A stretch of 64,000 nt of DNA. Source: Octopus sinensis. Lineage: Eukaryota. The translations under genes were made by a program, and so were the position numbers. The stretch is from the NCBI RefSeq assembly GCF_006345805.1, contig NC_043009.1, positions 39,370,001 to 39,434,000 on the forward strand, in the 5' to 3' direction. Position 1 is the first letter of the stretch. Every line of letters begins with the position of its first letter. The notes under the pieces were generated by a model. The model was not told where the DNA came from. It did no database searches and was given only the letters and a program-made list of their open reading frames with translations. Positions 1 through 12,134 of this stretch are shown piece by piece.

Positions 1-110
<110 letters not shown>

Positions 111-1750
111 ATGGATGTGTATATGTACATATATATATCAAGTGTGAATGAATGTATGTATTTATAAATATATACAGAACATTATTACTCGTGAGAGATA
201 AGAATGTTAGTGGTCGCAAACTTAAAACCGTATAGGCCAAATTTATAGATTTATATAAGAATTACATATAACAAAGGCATTAAGAACCACGAGCTTTGCT
301 AAAAATAGGAGTCAAAAATACTCCGAAACCACATGAATTAGCACTAGCTTTGTTTGGCAGGAATGGCCGAAAAAAAAACTAAATGAATAAGGATTGCGTC
401 TTCCCTCTGGAAAATTGCAAGAAGGAATGCCATTTAACCTGGAGTCGTGATTTCGAATTTAGTGCCAAACGTTCTTGATTCTCTTTAGTCAAATCTACTC
501 ATAACAATACCTATATTTCATTTCAAACAATGCCTGTGTTCGTTTCAGGCCCTCAGCCGCATTGAAACAAAGAATTAAATGTTAATATATATTCTTTTAT
601 TCTTTTACTCGTTTCAGTTATATATACATACACATACATGCTTACGCACAGAGACATACATACATACATACATGCACACACACACACACATACATACGCG
701 CAAACACACACACACACATACATACACATATATATAACTGCACGTGCACTCCTTATTCCTTCTTTCCCTTTGAACTTTCCTCTCTTTCCTGTTTCCGTCG
801 CAGAACTATACCTGAAACGTGAAACAACAACTCTCTTCTTTCTCCGAGCGTCATATCAATGCATTGCTTGTGCAACGGCATCACGTTTGTTTGTATTTTT
901 CGTTTTCCATTTTCTCTGTTTTTTAATTGACTACACTCACACACATACACATATATCTTTGTATATACATTACAAAGCAGGTTTCAACTGAGTTTCCATC
1001 TGTCAAAGTTACAAAGCATTAGTAGTGAGAGTGCTATAGTGAAAGACAGTTGCTAAATGCGCCACGCAGAGGTGGCTGAACCTAGAACCATGTCGTTACG
1101 AAGCAAGCTTCTTACTCGCACGGCCATTCCCGCCCAAAGGATAATTATAACTCCGTTAATCATCATATTTACAGTAACATTGACCCAAAACTGGCAAGGT
1201 TCCTTGAGTAAGTCTAGCTGATCCTTGCAAGATTCGAGTTAGATCGTGTTTGAGAATAATTTGTTTTTCTGTCTTTCTACCCGCCCTGAAACGGCTGTAA
1301 AAAAACCCATCTACACTGCGTTAAATGGTGGTGATGGTGGCAGGGGTTTAGAAACCTGATTAAATCTTGGTGTATTATCTACTTCCAAGTTAATCAAAAT
1401 ATAGAGGCAGCTCCTATGAAAAAGAGGATACAACTTACTTAGAATAAGAATATCATAACATTCAGAATTGATGCTCTAAACTAGCTAATATATGGAATCT
1501 AAATACTTTGGAAACTTTCCAAGCACTGCATTACACATCGCCTTACTATTCTATATAATGATGCATTTCGTCACTAACATTGTTTCATTTCCAGATTATT
1601 ATAAAACAGAATGTAGTATTGCGTTAAAAGAAAAAGAAGGAAAAATAAAACAAACAAAAAGAAAGCAAACAGCAGAAAGAAAAAAAGAACAATATCGTAA
1701 TATTTCATCTGTCGCTTTTGTAAAAAAAACAACACACACACTTACATACA

Positions 1751-1751
<1 letters not shown>

Positions 1752-1790
<39 letters not shown>

Positions 1791-1800
1791 GTCATCATCG
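1752..1800. repeat. (CAT)n microsatellite
   Basis: About 16 CAT units; source of the poly-S/poly-D ORFs in the track. Confidence 0.95.
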
Positions 1801-2459
1801 TCAGCGAGCGCATTATGTTTTAAACAATCATCAGTTTCGAAAGAGTAGATTAGATATATCACAGTCTAATCTAGTTTTGCCGTTGCTCTTAAGCTTCCTA
1901 CACAATATTAGAATATATAGAAACCAATAAAATCAACGTTTTTCTAAATTATAATATACTGCAGATACAGTGGAAGGAGACAGTTTGTCCAGATCTGTGC
2001 ATCCCTTACATATGTGCGGAGAACAAAACTCCAATAAATTTTTATAATAAATTTCTAATTATACAGTCTTCAATTTGAGGTAGAAAAACACAACACACAG
2101 GCTCACATATAGGTATATATATACATATATATGTATATGCATATATGATTGTGGATAATACACACACTAACACACGTGGGCACACAGACACGCACACACA
2201 TAGGGTTAAATTTGTTTAAGAACTTACTGGTTTCTGAGTTTATTTTGTTTTCCTTTGCATATAGATATGCATCTAATCACACATGCACAAACATATATAC
2301 ATATAGATAGATAGAAAAATATATAGATAGATAAATAGATAGATAGATAGATAGATAGACAAATGTAAATGGCCATTCATGAAAATATATATATGGAAAA
2401 TACATGTACATACATATAGTAATAAACATACACACACATATAAACAAATTATTTCATAA

Positions 2460-2846
2460 TTAGCAGTATCACTCGGTGTTGCTTGGGTTTGTTTTGACCC
2501 TTTAGAATTGGAATTTTTAAAAAGTAAAACTTTTGCATTATGCAACTTCTTATTCTCTTCAAGTGAACATTTTTCCAGCTGAAATACACCGAAAAATGGT
2601 GACACAGCAGTCAAAAATCGTAAAAAATAGAGATTTTCATAGAAAAAAAGCACCTTTTTGATGTAAATAATTTTTGGTGTCAACATGGTCCGATTTGAAT
2701 TTTATCTTCTACGGAATGAAGAGTAAGGCTTCTTCTATCATACTCTCAATTTTGGTCAACTTGCGCTGCAGGGTCTCGAAGGAGATAGTGTTAGTTGAAG
2801 GCTACCAAACCCGCCACACAGACAACTTCAGCTTTATATATATAGA
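2460..2846 (-). mobile_element. Non-autonomous Helitron-like element
   Basis: Minus strand starts A|TCTATATATATAAAG and ends with the decayed hairpin CCAAGCAACACCGAG followed by TGATACTG-CTAA|T. This fits the Helitron rule (5' TC, 3' hairpin + CTRR, insertion between A and T, no TSD). Confidence 0.65.
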
Positions 2847-2886
2847 TTTGCTACACACTACTTTCCATCCTTAATAATGAAACTTG

Positions 2887-3635
2887 CTAGATCCAAAAGT
2901 TAAACACACAGACACACACACAGATACACACACAGACACACACAGATACACACACAGACACACACACAGATACACACACAGACACACACACAGATACACA
3001 CACAGACACACAAGTTGAGTTTTATAAATATAGATTTCTCAACGGGGATTTCAGGGCAGAGTTTCAGGGAGTCGCTGCCGATGTATCGTGATGATCAAAA
3101 ATCCGGCCCGCTAAAATTTGGTTAAAGTGATTAAAGCTGCAGACTCAACGCAAAATGGTCACATTTAATTCAAAGCGTTAAAAATATTATGAAAACAATT
3201 GGTATGTGTTCACAAAGTCCAAACGATTAATACGAAAAAACCCGCCAGGCTACATCCCGAAAATTCATTTCTTTGCCGAATTTCTACAATGTTTACGACG
3301 ATTCGTTTTTATATCTTGATTTTTTATTTTTCATACAATTTACGCATGCTTGCACGCGTGGTGAACACAGTTCACGCCAAACAGCTGACTGAGTAAAGTT
3401 CACTATTCAATGCATGGGATAAGGCCTAAACAAACACATTATCGATTTTTGCACTTGCGAGATGAATTTCGGAACAGAAATAGCGCAGTTCAATTTTCAT
3501 TCGCCTAAACTTTAAGTGACCCAGTTTTGGTGGTTCTACGACTTGTTGGCTGGGAGGAGATGTGCCGGGAAGTTTAACACACAAACACACACAGATACAC
3601 GCACAGACACACAAGTTGATTTTTATATATAGAGA
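2887..3635 (-). mobile_element. Two further Helitron-like repeats in tandem (about 2887-3034 short, about 3040-3635 long)
   Basis: Both start A|TC(TC)TATA..ATAAAA.TCAACTTGTGTGTCTGTG followed by a TG-rich tract. 3' ends are less clear (CTAG at 2887-2890). Confidence 0.45.
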
Positions 3636-3639
3636 TTAA

Positions 3640-4058
3640 GGGTACTAACAAGCAGTACCTGCACACTAAATATAGTAGTCAAAATGACCAAAGCCTAAAT
3701 TTTCAGTTAAACACAAAGGTGAAAGCAAAGGAATGAATGAAAATTTTAAAACCTCGCTCCAATAAAGAAAATAGTCGGGAATTAGAAAACGGTCATCGTA
3801 CACATTGGTGAGATAAATAATTTCCATAACCATAAAGTCAGTAAGACTCGCTCAGGATGAGCTAAGAGTTTTCCTCAAAGCTTGAAATCACGAAGATACG
3901 GGTGTGTCTGGCTTTCTCAATTTTCTATTATATTCGTTATTTTTACGGGGTTTTTAGAATTTTTATTCATTTTCCCGCTTTCACTTTTGTGTTTAAGTGG
4001 CAATTTGAAGTCAGTTTGACTGCTATGTTTAGCATGCCGGTACTTTTTATTAGTACCC
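3640..4058. mobile_element. MITE with about 120-bp imperfect TIRs and TTAA target-site duplication (Kolobok-like termini)
   Basis: TTAA(3636-3639)|GGGTACTAACAAGCAGTACC... and ...GGTACTTTTTATTAGTACCC|TTAA(4059-4062). The TIR match extends through GTCAAA.TGAC, TTAAACACAAA.GTGAAAGC and AATGAAT.AAAATT. Confidence 0.8.
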
Positions 4059-4142
4059 TTAATAATTAATTGCTAATTTTTTTTTACCGTTATGGGTTTT
4101 TGACACATGCTAAGCCACTGGTATTATTATAAACAATAATAT

Positions 4143-4237
<95 letters not shown>

Positions 4238-4241
<4 letters not shown>

Positions 4242-4445
4242 TAATCGAAGCATGAAAACACAAAGAGAAAACACAACAACGCGAGGACGTGGAACAAGTA
4301 TAGTGTTATTGGACGCTCAGGAAAAGAAAGAAAGAAGGAGGATATAACGTTTCGAGTAGAGCTCTTCGTCAGAAACAAAAGAAAGGAAAGATCCAAGGAA
4401 GGGAAGACGGAGGGAAAAAATCGCCAACGATGCACACGCGGTCAC
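4238..4445 (-). mobile_element. Penelope-like (PLE) terminal-repeat remnant with decayed minimal hammerhead motif
   Basis: Minus strand CTGACGA-A-GAG-CTCTA-CTC-GAAA-CGTT at about 4346-4373; stem I does not pair. Related sequence at about 6990-7075 (opposite strand) and about 45478-45700. Confidence 0.5.
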
Positions 4446-4481
4446 ATATTGAATATACATATACATACACGCACACATACA

Positions 4482-4745
4482 TAGGGGACGTCAAAGTTAT
4501 TCGCACTTTCGCCATAACATATTTTCATTATTGTCACACTGCCTTCTGCGCATGGGTGCTTATAGTTGGTACCATTGTGGTCACCTGATCGAAGTTTGAG
4601 CCTGATTGAACCATTTTTCTTTATAGCTTTACTGTGTAAGTTTGGCCACTCCGTTAGGAATGTGCACCAAAGAAGAACAAAGAACAGTGATCCGATGTCT
4701 AAGGTTGGAAGATGTGTCACGTGCTGAAATTCATCTGAGGCTTCA
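4482..4745 (+). pseudogene. Mariner element 5' fragment (transposase N-terminal HTH)
   Basis: ORF at 4642 reads MATPLGMCTKEEQRTVIRCLRLEDVSRAEIHLRL, matching the mariner N-terminal pattern EQR.VIRFL..EG....EIH.RL. A TA-flanked TIR-like start lies at about 4482. Confidence 0.7.
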
Positions 4746-4959
4746 CCTGACACCTTTGGGTCTTACAGACACCATTACCTCTCATAACCTCTCTATATGT
4801 ATGTATGCGTGTATACGTATCTGTGTATCATTTGCGTATATATATATATATATATTATATATATATATATATATATGCATGTATATATATAATATATATA
4901 TATATATATACATACATACATATATATATATGTTATATAATAGGCAATGACAGTGTGCT

Positions 4960-5810
4960 GGTGTGTTACTTATAGACTCGAAAACTACTGGACCAATTCT
5001 AATGAAATTTGGAACACAAGATCTCTAGGGAGAAGGTTAATGCCATATCTTTCTTAAAATTTTGATGGGGTATAAGAGGGGTAAGAACTCCCATGAAAAT
5101 TCATATGCTTCGGACTCTGTTGAAATTTGAACCATAGGTATTAGAAATAAATTTTAAAATATACCCCAAATTTTCATTTCTTTGGAGAATTCTAAGAAAC
5201 ACTAATTGGGGATTAACCCCCAAATTTTAGTCATTTTTCATGGATCAAAATTACTGAATGGATCCTTACGATATTTAGAATTTAGATTCAATGCATAAAG
5301 ACGGGTAGTATGTTTGGTTTGAATTTGAAGGGAGGCTTAAAAGAAGCAGAACCCCTTATGAAAATTCATAAATGTCCGATGTTGATGAAATTTCAACCAT
5401 AGGTAATTGACACGAATCAAAAAGTATTCCCAAAGTTTTCGCTTCTCATGAGGATTCTACGACCCCCTAATGGGGTCCTTAACGTCCAAATTTTAGTCAT
5501 TTTTTATGATCCAAAACAAAGTCAAAAGTACTGAATGGATGTTTATGAAATTTGGAAATTATATTCTATGCATAAGGGCGGATGTAATGCAGTATATGTT
5601 TGAAAGAGAGGGGGCACAAATGAGGCCATAATCCTCATAAAAATTAATATACTTTTGCTGTTGATGAAATTTTAACCATACATAGTAGACACAAATTAAG
5701 TAATATTCCTAAAATTTCAACTTCTTACTAGGTTAGTAAAACCACTTAACGGGAGCTCAACCCCTACAATTTAGTCATTTTTCTTAAGCGTAGACGAATA
5801 CGATTGTAGT
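4960..5810 (+). repeat. Dispersed repeat with three diverged internal tandem units of about 265-280 bp (possibly Helitron-derived)
   Basis: ACCATA at 5131/5396/5675 and TAGTCATTTTT at 5228/5494/5772. The start ACTCGAAAACTACTGGACCAATTCTAATGAAATTTGG resembles invertebrate non-autonomous Helitron cores. Confidence 0.6.
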
Positions 5811-5859
5811 CTTGGAAGCTGTAGATTCACCCGAGGAAACTAGATGAGCGTTATTTGTT

Positions 5860-6130
5860 ATTCAATGGTACAACAGTGTAAGAGTTTGCTTTGAGATATA
5901 CTTAGATTGTGATTTCTGCAATGTGGTGCATAAATTGTCAAGTAAAGGAGAGGCATCTTTGCCTCCACTGATTCAGTTGCAAAGTGCTATTTTGAGTAAA
6001 GTTATTTGGTTGCAGAAATCCTTTGAGTCTTTTTATTATCATTGGATCAGAGATAGTTCCGAGATGGTAACATTGATTTCAGGAACTTTCCAGATAAGTG
6101 ATTGGTAATTCAAAGAGATTTATAGATTGC
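5860..6130 (-). pseudogene. Possible highly decayed CR1/L2-type LINE endonuclease fragment
   Basis: Frameshifted minus-strand pieces resemble the GDFN.HH / DFC / TQIV..PT / LLD.F.T order of APE domains; weak. Confidence 0.3.
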
Positions 6131-6956
6131 AAATTTATTGTTCAGTTACCTATCGACATAGTGATCATTGGCAAACTCCAGAGGGGACACAGTCATTTTC
6201 CCTTAGCTCTCACGTCACACAGTTGTTAATGTTTATTTGAGTTGGGTCAGGCCCTTCCATTTGCTATAGATCAGAGAGAGAGTGAGAGATGTGTATATAT
6301 ACATTTTGTTTATTCTATGTAGTGAAGTAATTATGAGCTAGCATGATTTCCCCCACTTCCCCTCCCAAGCCAATATATAAAAACATTTTTATCAAAAGAC
6401 ATGTATCTTACACCTCATTAACACCACCACTCCAGACACACATCTAAAACCCAAAAACTTACTAAAAGAAATAATTTGGAAAAACATCTGGCCATTAGAT
6501 TTCTCACCAAAGGTCAACTATTCAAGTGGTTTCATAAAGCACTCGTTTAACACCACCTCCCAACTCCCCACCCCCGATCAAGTATCTTGTGTTATCCATT
6601 TACTACTTTCTTTCAGCTATTATGCATTAACAGTCTTTCACTCCCACACCGATTAACAAACACCAACCCTGCCACAAAGACGCCCAAATCCCATATATAG
6701 AATCAGAAAGCCCCGAATCCTCAGATCTGTTTGACAACGAATATGATAGAGTTTTCCACAAAAGTTTACAAGGAATTTTTAAAATCCTTTCTCCACCCAA
6801 GTTAACAAAGAATTTAATAGATCTACGAACTAAAGTGTAAAATTTATATTATTAAAACATTTTTAAATATTAAATTAAACTGACTAGAACTACAAGTGAA
6901 GTTATTCTTTTTCATTTTTCAAATACAACTAACTCTTCCAAGGATTTAATAGATTT

Positions 6957-6987
<31 letters not shown>

Positions 6988-7072
6988 ATACTTTAATAAT
7001 ACTTTAATTGTTCCACGTCCTGCGTTGCTGCGTTTTTTTTCTCTTTTTTTCTGTGTTTTCTTGTTTGGATTA

Positions 7073-7129
<57 letters not shown>

Positions 7130-7206
7130 GTGTGTATGTGTGTGTGTGTGTGTGTATACATGGTTATCAAAAGATTCCTGAAGTGAAATTGTGTGTTGAA
7201 ACCGAT

Positions 7207-7614
7207 ATTGTTGTATTTCGGGACGATCATTTTTTCCAAAGAAACACACGCTCTATATATTTTTTCTTCACTCGTTTATTGCTGTTATTATTACATTATT
7301 TTAACTCATATCCATTCTACGGAAATCTTTCGTCACACATCTGTGACCTCTTCAGCGACACTTTTCGTTTTCGTGTGTGTTCTTGTTCTTGCTCCACTTA
7401 CTCCATTCTGTTGGAGTAATGGAGCAAGAACACTCACGAAAGCGAAAAGTGTCACTGAAGACATCACAGATGTGCGAGTGACGAAAGATTTCCGGACAAT
7501 AGACATGAGTTAAAATTATTAAAATAAGGACAGCAATAAACGAGTGAAGAAAACAATATATAGTGCGTATGTTTATGTGTCAAAATAAGAATGACCATCC
7601 CGAAATACAACAAT
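7207..7614. mobile_element. Foldback element: about 200-bp diverged inverted arms, 6-nt loop, hammerhead core in each arm
   Basis: Left ATTGTTGTATTTCGGGA... mirrors right ...TCCCGAAATACAACAAT; centre TTACTCCA-ttctgt-TGGAGTAA (loop 7406-7411). CTGAAGA...GAAA at 7455-7486 (plus) and 7328-7355 (minus). Confidence 0.85.
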
Positions 7615-7767
7615 GTATATATGTATATATATATATATATAATTTACAAGATAAGGGCAAAAGAAAAATTCTAATGCCAAATATGCCGAAACAAAAATTG
7701 TCAATAACCATTATAATTTATGTGTCTCGAAACAAACCGATAGAAATTTCTAAAAAAAATTATTTAT

Positions 7768-7824
7768 TACCGTATTGGTCCAATTTCGGAGTTAATTCAT
7801 AAGAATTTTTCCTCTTCAGCGGCA
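7768..7824 (-). ncRNA. Type I hammerhead ribozyme, apparently intact
   Basis: Minus strand: UGCCG CUGAAGA GGA-a-AAAUUC-uuau-GAAUU-aac-UCC GAAA UUG-gac-CAA UA CGGUA. Stem I is 5 bp with one G-U, G10.1-C11.1 is present, stem III is 4 bp, and the cleavage triplet is AUA (cut between 7773 and 7772). Confidence 0.8.
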
Positions 7825-8210
7825 AATACGAGAGATATAAGTGAAAAAAAAATGTTATCCTACATTAATTATAAATTGAATAGTGTTCACTTCCGGATTC
7901 TCTCATTCTGAGAAAGTTTCTAGTTCGAATCACACGTGTCTCGAGATGTGCTGAAGATTTTCTATTTTGGATACATTTGGGGTACTTAGGTCTGCTCAGG
8001 ACTTAGTGCTTGCTTTTTCCATGGGTATGAGTAAGTATTTCACGTGGATGTTTATTAAAACATGCTGCACCAAAACCCAGTATGAAGGTTTCTCTCATGT
8101 AACCATCGCAGTATAGTTTGTTCTAACAGTCCACGCTAGCGATGTAAACAAGGGAGCATCCCTCACTAAAATCCAACGACAGTTTCTCTCATGGTAACTA
8201 TAGCAGTAGA

Positions 8211-8441
8211 AGGCGGCGAGCTGGCAGAAACGTTAGCACGCCGGGCGAAATGCGTAGCCGTATTTCGTCTATCGCTACGTTCTGAGTTCAAATTCCGCCG
8301 TAGTCGACTTTGCCTTTCATCCTTTCGGGGTCGATTAAATACGTACCAGTTACGCACTGGGGTCGATATAATCGACTTAATCCGTTTGTTTGTCCTTGTT
8401 TGTCCCCGCTGTGTTTAGCCCCTTGTAGGTAGTAAAGAAAT
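8211..8441 (+). mobile_element. tRNA-headed SINE, family B (GGCGGCGAGCTGGCAGAAACGTTAGCACG...)
   Basis: A-box-like and B-box (GAGTTCAAATTCC) motifs; central GCCTTTCATCCTTTCGGGGTCGAT domain; near-identical copies at 13992 and 42679. Confidence 0.85.
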
Positions 8442-8850
8442 TGGGAACTATCGTTGTATATTCTGCTCTAAAAGGACATTCACGTTCAAATGGGGATAAA
8501 TGTTCCATTTATGTCTATAAACTCATTAACCATTTTGTTTAGAAACTGTACGGTGATTATATTTAGTACATTTGTAAGAATAGTGAGATTCACTTACACA
8601 ATACACAGTATTCTCTAAGGCAGATGAATTATAAGATGTACATGATGATTAAGATATTGGTATTCTTAGAGAACACTGGTTAGTTAAATGAAATCTACAT
8701 ATACAAGAAAGAACATTATATTCTGTGATATAAAATTTATAACTTAAGTGCGACCATTACCTATTTTGCAGGTGGTAGGCTTAATTTATCTCCAGTCTAT
8801 CGCCACTACATGGCCAGTGGGTAGCTCTGGCTGAGTACACTCTGTTATAT

Positions 8851-9268
8851 ATTCTCTTTCTCTTTTCTCTTTCTCTTTTACTTGTTTCAGTCATTTGACT
8901 GCGGCCATGCTGGAGCACCGCCTTTAATCGAGCAACTCGACCCCGGGACTTATTCTTTGTAAGCCCAGTACTTATTCTATCGGTCTCTTTTTTGCCGAAC
9001 CGCTAAGTGACGGGGACGTAAACACACCAGCATCGGTTGTCAAGCAATGCTAGGGGAACAAACACAGACACACAATCAAACACATATATATATATACATA
9101 TATACGACAGGCTTCTTTCAGTTTCCGTCTACCAAATCCACTCACAAGGCATTGGTCGGCCCGGGGCTATAGCAGAAGACACTTGCCCAAGATGCCACGC
9201 AGTGGGACTGAACCCGGAACCATGTGGTTGGTTAGCAAGCTACTTACCACACAGCCACTCCTGCGCCT
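8851..9268 (-). mobile_element. tRNA-headed SINE, family A, full length
   Basis: Minus-strand head AGGCGCAGGAGTGGCTGTGTGGTAAG...GGTTCAGTCCC, internal TA/TG tract, simple-repeat tail; near-identical copies at 25633 and 48473. Confidence 0.9.
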
Positions 9269-9976
9269 ATTATCTGACAAAATGTCTTGATAATCAATAT
9301 GGGTGTTGTTCATCCTTTCGAAATTAAAACTTAAGAGAAAAATACAAAAAGAAAGAAAAAAAAAACCCTCGTTTTTTCAGTCGCTTTGTTTTCAATTAAG
9401 CTCCACCACATTCTGTACATAAGAGAATACGTAAAATAAGCCTACTTGTAAATAAAACAGTGTGTATCTGGGCCTAATGCTGGTCAAATCGGTATAAAAA
9501 TTATAGTTCTTCAAATGCTGATCACTTACTTTCAAGTGTTTACCTCAACCAATCTCTACCGATACACCACGTATGTATTGTTTTATCCACAAATAGAATC
9601 TAGATCTGTATATTCACGTTGGTGATTAGACATCAGCATGAAAACGATACGTGTACAACGTATATAAGGGACTGCTGTCTATTGTTACCCCAAGAATCCA
9701 AATCTAAACTTCATTTTCATTCAACATGTATCTATTTAACAGTCTTTAGATGTATAGTCTGCACAGATTTTTAGTCAATATGGGATATAGAAGACTCTGT
9801 GCAATTATAAAATCTACTCCTCGTTTATATAGTCACATACAAGGCTAACAATATACAAACGATGTATCTAAAAGAAGCAAGGAAAAGGCAGTGTACAGCT
9901 ACATAAACTATTGTGTGCAGCAACAAAAGAGACTCTCTCGTATAAACTACGAAGTTGCTAAACTTCATTTTGCAGA

Positions 9977-10008
<32 letters not shown>

Positions 10009-10151
10009 TAAAAAAGCAAATATAAATGAAAACACTATAAATATGTCTTCCTTCATCCTATTATTTCTACGAATTATTTATTCTCTGCATTGTTAGAAAT
10101 AAATTTTCAATTTATGACGTAGATTTGCTAGGAATTTAATTAAATCGCTTT

Positions 10152-10786
10152 CTATTCATACATACATACATACATACATACATACATACATACATACATA
10201 CATACATACATACATACATACATACATGCATACATACATATATATATATACATATATATGTATATATAGATATATATATTTACATATATATACATATGTA
10301 TATATATACACACACAAGTGTATATACATACATACATGCATATATATGTATACATATACGTACATGTTTGAATAAACCCATACACATACATATATACATA
10401 TATGTATACACAGACAGACAGACAGACACGTGCACGCATATATATACACGCATATATATATATATATAGGTACGTATACACATATATTCATTATTTTTAT
10501 TTTCCATACACGGACATGCACGTGCAAAGGCGCATACACACAAACACACAAACAAACACACAAACACATACACACACATAACTATATATTGCGTATATTT
10601 ATGTGCGCATGTGTGCATTTATGTATGTAGGTATGTATGTTTTTTAAGATATATATGTATATATATATATATATATATATGTATACATATATTCTTAGAA
10701 ACATACATATTTCTTACAAACATATATATATATATATATAATATATATATATATATAAGTATTATATATATATATTAAATATATAT

Positions 10787-10824
<38 letters not shown>

Positions 10825-10855
10825 CTATATATATATATATATATTATATATATAA

Positions 10856-10887
<32 letters not shown>

Positions 10888-10890
10888 GAA
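10152..10890. repeat. (ATAC)n and (TA)n microsatellite field
   Basis: Directly visible. Confidence 0.9.
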
Positions 10891-11322
10891 CAAAATATAA
10901 TTAAAAAAACACTGAAGAATTCTGAGGACGATTAAATTATTTTGGTAATAATTTTCGCACCAAGTGAATGTTAATTATCTAGAATTATTTCCTACTATAT
11001 CTCCCGCACTCGTACGTACCATAATCTGATTTATTTACTGAAAAGTTGAACTCGATCTTCAAGTAACCATCAGAAATCACACTTTAGCTCACATCTATTA
11101 CGAAGATGTAATTAAAGCGAAAAGAGGCTCAACACAGAAAAAGAAGGAAATTTTCTGAATTTGATATTCCGCCGTAAAGAAAGAGTACAATATTGTTATG
11201 CTCTTTTTACGATAAATATCTGTGATCTACTTAACTTTAACAGCAAAAACTTCTGAATAAAAATTCTGACGAGGTGTCTATATAGCGTTCATAATGTCTC
11301 TACGAATAATAAATTAAAGGGG

Positions 11323-11465
11323 TATAAGCGTGGTAGGAAGCTCGCTACCCAGCCACATGGTTCCGGGATCAGTCCCACCGCGTGGCACTTAGGGCATGTG
11401 TCTTCTACTATAGCATCGGGCAGACCAAGGTCTTGTGAGTGGATTTTATAGACGGGACTACGGTA
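11323..11465 (+). mobile_element. SINE family A head, twin 1
   Basis: Shares its diagnostic substitutions with 12135-12295. Confidence 0.8.
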
Positions 11466-11518
11466 TATATATATATAGATATATATATCTATATATATAT
11501 ATATCGATATATATATAT

Positions 11519-11552
<34 letters not shown>

Positions 11553-11555
11553 CTA

Positions 11556-11603
<48 letters not shown>

Positions 11604-12134
11604 CATTATATAAAAGGGCTTAGTAAAAAAATTACTTTGCCGCATACTGAACTCATTAGAGAATAGCAGCTAAAAAACTTTTTTTAAGGCTATTTCTAAT
11701 ACTTAAGAAAATCTCTCTCATATATAGTGTTTGCTATTCAACTCACAAAAGTTTGGGGTAAGGACATCGAAAAATCAAATGCTAAGGTTATTCGAGAACG
11801 TACGTTTCAAGATTAGTCAAAACAACATTTCTACATCGGCTCAGAAATTCCTTGTTTGGATTTGGAAACACTGAAAATAAGAACATACCCTTTCGAAGAT
11901 CTGCTCCCAACTACAGTGCCAACAATTCAAAATAAGCAAGCGAAGAATCTTTGTTCTCCCTTTCCACCGCGTGGGTTGAATTGAAATCATCAAACACTAT
12001 GCTTATTTCGGTAAAATCCGAAGTAGTATTAATCAGAGGGAGATTAATTATAATTTCCAACAATTGAGGGCAAAAGCAAAATTAATTAATTATTAATCAA
12101 TTTCACCAAGTGTTCAGTATGCAAAGGGACATAA

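Noticed and set aside
7381-7435. Pre-miRNA-like hairpin at the centre of the foldback
   Set aside because: It is just the apex of a 400-bp inverted repeat, and I do not recognise a mature miRNA; small-RNA data would be needed.
8211-9268. tRNA genes at A-box/B-box motifs
   Set aside because: They are SINE heads continuing into multi-copy bodies; no cloverleaf with acceptor stem is evident.
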